A stretch of DNA of 64,000 nucleotides from Auanema rhodensis (taxonomy: Eukaryota; Animalia; Nematoda). A program made the position numbers and the translations under genes. The number at the start of each line of letters is the position of its first letter. Positions within the stretch are counted from its first letter, which is position 1. The DNA lies in NCBI GenBank assembly GCA_964057225.1, contig OZ059895.1, forward strand, positions 20,832,001-20,896,000, given 5' to 3'. Positions 55,953 to 64,000 of this stretch are shown here, one piece after another. The notes under the pieces were generated by a model. The model ran no database searches. It saw nothing but the letters and a program-made list of their open reading frames with translations, and was not told where the DNA came from.

Positions 55953-58900
55953 CCATGACTTTGAAATTTACGTGAACTTTAATTTATGCTAATTAAGTGT
56001 ACACATGATGTGCGCTTGGTATGTAACTCGCTTCACGTGAAAGATAAAGAGATGCGGTTTTCAAAATTAGATTCCCCATTTCCATATTAGTCTAAAAACA
56101 AATTTTTATTGATATTGGTGCATGGCAACCATGACTTTAAAATTTACGTGAACTTTAATTTATGCTAATTAAGTGTACACATGATGTGCACTTGGTATGT
56201 AACTCGTTTCACGTCAAAGATAAAGAGATGCGGTTTTCAAAATTGGATTCCCCATGTCCATATTAGTCTAAAAACAAATTTTTATTAATATTGGTGCATG
56301 GTAACCATGACTTTGAAATTTACGTGAACTTTAATTTATGCTAATTAAGTGTACACATGATGTGCACTTGGTATGTAACTCGCTTCACGTGAAAGATGAA
56401 GAGATGCGGTTTTCAAAATTAGATTCCCCATGTCCATATTAGTCTAAAAACAAATTTTTATTAATATTGGTGCATGGTAACCATGACTTTGAAATTTACG
56501 TGAACTTTAATTTATGCTAATTAAGTGTACACATGATGTGCGCTTGGTATGTAACTCGCTTCACGTGAAAGATAAAGAGATGCGGTTTTCAAAATTAGAT
56601 TCCCCATTTCCATATTAGTCTAAAAACAAATTTTTATTGATATTGGTGCATGGCAACCATGACTTTAAAATTTACGTGAACTTTAATTTATGCTAATTAA
56701 GTGTACACATGATGTGCACTTGGTATGTAACTCGTTTCACGTCAAAGATAAAGAGATGCGGTTTTCAAAATTGGATTCCCCATGTCCATATTAGTCTTAA
56801 AACAAATTTTTATTAATATTGGTGCATGGTAACCATGACTTTGAAATTTACGTGAACTTTAATTTATGCTAATTAAGTGTACACATGATGTGCACTTGGT
56901 ATGTAACTCGCTTCACGTGAAAGATGAAGAGATGCGGTTTTCAAAATTAGATTCCCCATATCCATATTAGTCTAAAAACAAATTTTCATTGATATTTGTG
57001 CATGGTAACCATGACTTTGAAATTTACGTGAACTTTAATTTATGCTAATTAAGTGTACACATGATGTGCACTTGGTATGTAACTCGCTTCACGTGAAAGA
57101 TGAAGAGATGCGGTTTTCAAAATTAGATTCCCCATATCCATATTAGTCTAAAAACAAATTTTCATTGATATTGGTGCATGGTAACCATGACTTTGAAATT
57201 TACGTGAACTTTAATTTATGCTAATTAAATGTACACGTGATGTGCACTTGGTATGTAACTCGCTTCACGTCAAAGATAAAGAGATGAGGTTTTCAAAATT
57301 AGATTCCCCATGTCCATATTAGTCTAAAAACAAATTTTTATTAATATTGGTGCATGGTAACCATGACTTTGAAATTTACGTGAACTTTAATTTATGCTAA
57401 TTAAGTGTACACATGATGTGCGCTTGGTATGTAACTCGCTTCACGTGAAAGAGAAAGAGATGCGGTTTTCAAAATTAGATTCCCCATTTCCATATTAGTC
57501 TAAAAACAAATTTTTATTGATATTGGTGCATGGCAACCATGACTTTAAAATTTATGTGAACTTTAATTTATGCTAATTAAGTGTACACATGATGTGCACT
57601 TGGTATGTAACTCGTTTCACGTCAAAGATAAAGAGATGCGGTTTTCAAAATTGGATTCCCCATGTCCATATTAGTCTTAAAACAAATTTTTATTAATATT
57701 GGTGCATGGTAACCATGACTTTGAAATTTACGTGAACTTTAATTTATGCTAATTAAGTGTACACATGATGTGCACTTGGTATGTAACTCGCTTCACGTGA
57801 AAGATAAAGAGATGCGGTTTTCAAAATTAGATTCCCCATTTCCATATTAGTCTAAAAACAAATTTTTATTGATATTGGTGCATGGCAACCATGACTTTAA
57901 AATTTACGTGAACTTTAATTTATGCTAATTAAGTGTACACATGATGTGCACTTGGTATGTAACTCGTTTCACGTCAAAGATAAAGAGATGCGGTTTTCAA
58001 AATTGGATTCCCCATGTCCATATTAGTCTAAAAACAAATTTTTATTAATATTGGTGCATGGTAACCATGACTTTGAAATTTACGTGAACTTTAATTTATG
58101 CTAATTAAGTGTACACATGATGTGCACTTGGTATGTAACTCGCTTCACGTGAAAGATGAAGAGATGCGGTTTTCAAAATTAGATTCCCCATGTCCATATT
58201 AGTCTAAAAACAAATTTTTATTAATATTGGTGCATGGTAACCATGACTTTGAAATTTACGTGAACTTTAATTTATGCTAATTAAGTGTACACATGATGTG
58301 CGCTTGGTATGTAACTCGCTTCACGTGAAAGATAAAGAGATGCGGTTTTCAAAATTAGATTCCCCATTTCCATATTAGTCTAAAAACAAATTTTTATTGA
58401 TATTGGTGCATGGCAACCATGACTTTAAAATTTACGTGAACTTTAATTTATGCTAATTAAGTGTACACATGATGTGCACTTGGTATGTAACTCGTTTCAC
58501 GTCAAAGATAAAGAGATGCGGTTTTCAAAATTGGATTCCCCATGTCCATATTAGTCTTAAAACAAATTTTTATTAATATTGGTGCATGGTAACCATGACT
58601 TTGAAATTTACGTGAACTTTAATTTATGCTAATTAAGTGTACACATGATGTGCACTTGGTATGTAACTCGCTTCACGTGAAAGATGAAGAGATGCGGTTT
58701 TCAAAATTAGATTCCCCATATCCATATTAGTCTAAAAACAAATTTTCATTGATATTGGTGCATGGTAACCATGACTTTGAAATTTACGTGAACTTTAATT
58801 TATGCTAATTAAGTGTACACATGATGTGCACTTGGTATGTAACTCGCTTCACGTGAAAGATGAAGAGATGCGGTTTTCAAAATTAGATTCCCCATATCCA

Positions 58901-59650
58901 TATTAGTCTAAAAACAAATTTTCATTGATATTGGTGCATGGTAACCATGACTTTGAAATTTACGTGAACTTTAATTTATGCTAATTAAATGTACACGTGA
59001 TGTGCACTTGGTATGTAACTCGCTTCACGTCAAAGATAAAGAGATGAGGTTTTCAAAATTAGATTCCCCATGTCCATATTAGTCTAAAAACAAATTTTTA
59101 TTAATATTGGTGCATGGTAACCATGACTTTGAAATTTACGTGAACTTTAATTTATGCTAATTAAGTGTACACATGATGTGCGCTTGGTATGTAACTCGCT
59201 TCACGTGAAAGAGAAAGAGATGCGGTTTTCAAAATTAGATTCCCCATTTCCATATTAGTCTAAAAACAAATTTTTATTGATATTGGTGCATGGCAACCAT
59301 GACTTTAAAATTTATGTGAACTTTAATTTATGCTAATTAAGTGTACACATGATGTGCACTTGGTATGTAACTCGTTTCACGTCAAAGATAAAGAGATGCG
59401 GTTTTCAAAATTGGATTCCCCATGTCCATATTAGTCTTAAAACAAATTTTTATTAATATTGGTGCATGGTAACCATGACTTTGAAATTTACGTGAACTTT
59501 AATTTATGCTAATTAAGTGTACACATGATGTGCACTTGGTATGTAACTCGCTTCACGTGAAAGATGAAGAGATGCGGTTTTCAAAATTAGATTCCCCATA
59601 TCCATATTAGTCTAAAAACAAATTTTCATTGATATTGGTGCATGGTAACC
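55953..59650 (+). repeat. 10-monomer (1760 bp) tandem duplication
   Basis: GAGAAAGAG about 57453/59213, TTTATGTGAA about 57555/59315, TAAATGTAC about 57229/58989. Confidence 0.83.
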
Positions 59651-62600
59651 ATGACTTTGAAATTTACGTGAACTTTAATTTATGCTAATTAAGTGTACAC
59701 GTGATGTGCACTTGGTATGTAACTCGCTTCACGTGAAAGATAAAGAGATGCGGTTTTCAAAATTAGATTCCCCATGTCTATATTAGTCTAAAAACATATT
59801 TTTATTAATACTGGTGCATGGTAACCATGACTTTGAAATTTACGTGAACTTTAATTTATGCTAATTAAGTGTACACGTGATGTGCACTTGGTATGTAACT
59901 CGCTTCACGTGAAAGATAAAGAGATGCGGTTTTCAAAATTAGATTTCCCATGTCCATATTAGTCTAAACACAAATTTTTATTGATATTGGTGCATGGTAA
60001 CCATGACTTTGGAATTTACGTGAACTTTAATTTATGCTAATTAAGTGTACACGTGATGTGCACTTGGTATGTAACTCGCTTCACGTGAAAGATAAAGAGA
60101 TGCGGTTTTCAAAATTAGATTCCCCATTTCCATATTAGTCTAAAAACAAATTTTTATTGATATTGGTGCATGGCAACCATGACTTTAAAATTTACGTGAA
60201 CTTTAATTTATGCTAATTAAGTGTACACATGATGTGCACTTGGTATGTAACTCGTTTCACGTCAAAGATAAAGAGATGCGGTTTTCAAAATTGGATTCCC
60301 CATGTCCATATTAGTCTAAAAACAAATTTTTATTAATATTGGTGCATGGTAACCATGACTTTGAAATTTACGTGAACTTTAATTTATGCTAATTAAGTGT
60401 ACACATGATGTGCACTTGGTATGTAACTCGCTTCACGTGAAAGATGAAGAGATGCGGTTTTCAAAATTAGATTCCCCATGTCCATATTAGTCTAAAAACA
60501 AATTTTTATTAATATTGGTGCATGGTAACCATGACTTTGAAATTTACGTGAACTTTAATTTATGCTAATTAAGTGTACACATGATGTGCGCTTGGTATGT
60601 AACTCGCTTCACGTGAAAGATAAAGAGATGCGGTTTTCATAATTAGATTCCCCATGTCTATATTAGTCTAAAAACATATTTTTATTAATACTGGTGCATG
60701 GTAACCATGACTTTGAAATTTACGTGAACTTTAATTTATGCTAATTAAGTGTACACGTGATGTGCACTTGGTATGTAACTCGCTTCACGTGAAAGATAAA
60801 GAGATGCGGTTTTCAAAATTAGATTTCCCATGTCCATATTAGTCTAAACACAAATTTTTATTGATATTGGTGCATGGTAACCATGACTTTGGAATTTACG
60901 TGAACTTTAATTTATGCTAATTAAGTGTACACGTGATGTGCACTTGGTATGTAACTCGCTTCACGTGAAAGATAAAGAGATGCGGTTTTCAAAATTAGAT
61001 TCCCCATTTCCATATTAGTCTAAAAACAAATTTTTATTGATATTGGTGCATGGCAACCATGACTTTAAAATTTACGTGAACTTTAATTTATGCTAATTAA
61101 GTGTACACATGATGTGCACTTGGTATGTAACTCGTTTCACGTCAAAGATAAAGAGATGCGGTTTTCAAAATTGGATTCCCCATGTCCATATTAGTCTAAA
61201 AACAAATTTTTATTAATATTGGTGCATGGTAACCATGACTTTGAAATTTACGTGAACTTTAATTTATGCTAATTAAGTGTACACATGATGTGCACTTGGT
61301 ATGTAACTCGCTTCACGTGAAAGATGAAGAGATGCGGTTTTCAAAATTAGATTCCCCATGTCCATATTAGTCTAAAAACAAATTTTTATTAATATTGGTG
61401 CATGGTAACCATGACTTTGAAATTTACGTGAACTTTAATTTATGCTAATTAAGTGTACACATGATGTGCGCTTGGTATGTAACTCGCTTCACGTGAAAGA
61501 TAAAGAGATGCGGTTTTAATAATTAGATTCCCCATTTCCATATTAGTCTAAAAACAAATTTTTATTAATATTGGTGCATGGTAACCATGACTTTGAAATT
61601 TACGTGAACTTTAATTTATGCTAATTAAGTGTACACATGATGTGCGCTTGGTATGTAACTCGCTTCACGTGAAAGATAAAGAGATGCGGTTTTCAAAATT
61701 AGATTCCCCATGTCCATATTAGTCCAAAAACAAATTTTTATTAATATTGGTGCATGGTAACCATGACTTTGACATTTACGTGAACTTTAATTTATGCTAA
61801 TTAAGTGTACACATGATGTGCACTTGGTATGTAACTCGCTTCACGTGAAAGATAAAGAGATGCGGTTCTCAAAATAGATTCCCCATTTCCATATTAGTCT
61901 AAAAACAAATTTTTATTGATATTGGTGCATGGCAACCATGACTTTAAAATTTACGTGAACTTTAATTTATGCTAATTAAGTGTACACATGATGTGCACTT
62001 GGTATGTAACTCGCTTCACGTGAAAGATAAAGAGATGCGGTTTTCAAAATTAGATTCCCCATGTCCATATTAGTCTAAAAACAAATTTTTATTAATATTG
62101 GTGCATGGTAACCATGACTTTGAAATTTACGTGAACTTTAATTTATGCTAATTAAGTGTACACATGATGTGCACTTGGTATGTAACTCGCTTCACGTGAA
62201 AGATAAAGAGATGCGGTTTTCAAAATTAGATTCCCCATGTCCATATTAGTCTAAAAACAAATTTTTATTAATATTGGTGCATGGTAACCATGACTTTGAC
62301 ATTTACGTGAACTTTAATTTATGCTAATTAAGTGTACACATGATGTGCACTTGGTATGTAACTCGCTTCACGTGAAAGATAAAGAGATGCGGTTTTCAAA
62401 ATAGATTCCCCATTTCCATATTAGTCTAAAAACAAATTTTTATTGATATTGGTGCATGGCAACCATGACTTTAAAATTTACGTGAACTTTAATTTATGCT
62501 AATTAAGTGTACACATGATGTGCACTTGGTATGTAACTCGCTTCACGTCAAAGATAAAGAGATGAGGTTTTCAAAATTAGATTCCCCATGTCCATATTAG

Positions 62601-64000
62601 TCTAAAAACAAATTTTTATTAATATTGGTGCATGGTAACCATGACTTTGAAATTTACGTGAACTTTAATTTATGCTAATTAAGTGTACACATGATGTGCG
62701 CTTGGTATGTAACTCGCTTCACGTGAAAGATAAAGAGATGCGGTTTTCATAATTAGATTCCTCATTTCCATATTAGTCTAAAAACAAATTTTTATTAATA
62801 TTGGTGCATGGTAACCATGACTTTGAAATTTACGTGAACTTTAATTTATGCTAATTAAGTGTACACATGATGTGCACTTGGTATGTAACTCGCTTCACGT
62901 GAAAGATGAAGAGATGCGGTTTTCAGAATTAGATTCCCCATGTCCATATTAGTCTAAAAACAAATTTTTATTAATATTGGTGCATGGTAACCATGACTTT
63001 GAAATTTACGTGAACTTTAATTTATGCTAATTAAGTGTACACATGATGTGCACTTGGTATGTAACTCGCTTCACGTGAAAGATAAAGAGATGCGGTTTTC
63101 CAAATTAGATTTCGCATGTCCATATTAGTCTAAAAACAAATTTTTATTGATATTGGTGCATGGTAACCATGACTTTGAAATTTAAAATTTACGTGAACTT
63201 TAATTTATGCTAATTAAGTGTACACATGATGTGCACTTGGTATGTAACTCGCTTCACGTGAAAGATAAAGAGATGCGGTTTTCAAAATAGATTTCCCATT
63301 TCCATATTAGTCTAAAAACAAATTTTTATTGATATTGGTGCATGGCAACCATGACTTTAAAATTTACGTGAACTTTAATTTATGCTAATTAAGTGTACAC
63401 ATGATGTGCACTTGGTATGTAACTCGCTTCACGTCAAAGATAAAGAGATGAGGTTTTCAAAATTAGATTCCCCATGTCCATATTAGTCTAAAAACAAATT
63501 TTTATTAATATTGGTGCATGGTAACCATGACTTTGAAATTTACGTGAACTTTAATTTATGCTAATTAAGTGTACACATGATGTGCGCTTGGTATGTAACT
63601 CGCTTCACGTGAAAGATAAAGAGATGCGGTTTTCAAAATTAGATTCCCCATGTCCATATTAGTCTAAAAACAAATTTTTATTAATATTGGTGCATGGTAA
63701 CCATGACTTTGACATTTACGTGAACTTTAATTTATGCTAATTAAGTGTACACATGATGTGCACTTGGTATGTAACTCGCTTCACGTGAAAGATAAAGAGA
63801 TGCGGTTTTCAAAATAGATTTCCCATTTCCATATTAGTCTAAAAACAAATTTTTATTGATATTGGTGCATGGCAACCATGACTTTAAAATTTACGTGAAC
63901 TTTAATTTATGCTAATTAAGTGTACACATGATGTGCACTTGGTATGTAACTCGCTTCACGTCAAAGATAAAGAGATGAGGTTTTCAAAATTAGATTCCCC

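Larger units (their letters stand above)
1..64000 (+). repeat. Tandem satellite DNA array, 176-bp monomer, about 363.7 copies in one orientation; probably centromeric or pericentromeric
   Basis: CCATGACTTT recurs at 1, 177, 353 ... 63876. Monomers differ from consensus by only a few substitutions. The phase is accounted for exactly by 20 single-base deletions and one 7-bp insertion. The centromeric assignment is inference from length, AT richness and homogeneity. Confidence 0.99.
20759..64000 (+). repeat. Satellite subdomain B
   Basis: Private variants: GATGAAGAG (first about 21201), ACACGTGATG (first about 22041), CCCATTTCC, CTCGTTTCAC with AATTGGATT, TAAACAC, and the T deletion AAAATAGATT (10 copies). 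I did not see these before 20.7 kb. Confidence 0.88.

Noticed and set aside
1-64000. CRISPR array or repeat-spacer system
   Set aside because: There are no unique spacers: the entire 176 bp repeats with only point variants, and no cas or other genes are present.
1-64000. Repetitive protein-coding ORF
   Set aside because: 176 is not a multiple of 3 and stop codons are frequent on both strands. For example, the ATG at 3 gives only MTLKFT-stop.
1-64000. Embedded transposon, inversion or hidden unique sequence
   Set aside because: Phase arithmetic accounts for every base and all monomers read in the same orientation.
1-64000. Artefact such as a rolling-circle concatemer or collapsed assembly
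   Set aside because: Variants form ordered, nested haplotype blocks rather than random errors or identical copies. Individual duplications still need read support.

Overview
The whole 64-kb window is one uninterrupted head-to-tail tandem satellite array. The monomer is 176 bp and about 32% GC by hand count. Consensus: CCATGACTTTRAAATTTACGTGAACTTTAATTTATGCTAATTAAGTGTACACATGATGTGCACTTGGTATGTAACTCGCTTCACGTSAAAGATAAAGAGATGCGGTTTTCAAAATTAGATTCCCCATGTCCATATTAGTCTAAAAACAAATTTTTATTRATATTGGTGCATGGYAA. There are 363 full monomers plus a 125-bp partial copy. The register is fully explained by twenty 1-bp deletions and one 7-bp insertion (363x176-20+7=63875; the last monomer starts at 63876). I found no genes, RNA genes, transposon insertions, inversions or CRISPR arrays. 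Nucleosome-scale length, AT richness and homogeneity suggest eukaryotic centromeric or pericentromeric satellite DNA, but I do not recognise the family or organism. The informative structure lies in the variant pattern: a sharp subfamily switch at about 20.7-21.2 kb; a latent A/B dimer; nested higher-order duplications of 3, 4, 6, 7, 10, 11, 15, 21 and about 30-43 monomers; mappable recombination junctions; many dyad symmetries per monomer; and a degenerate CENP-B-box-like motif toggled by the dimer-defining SNP. I cannot support a novel protein-coding system here.
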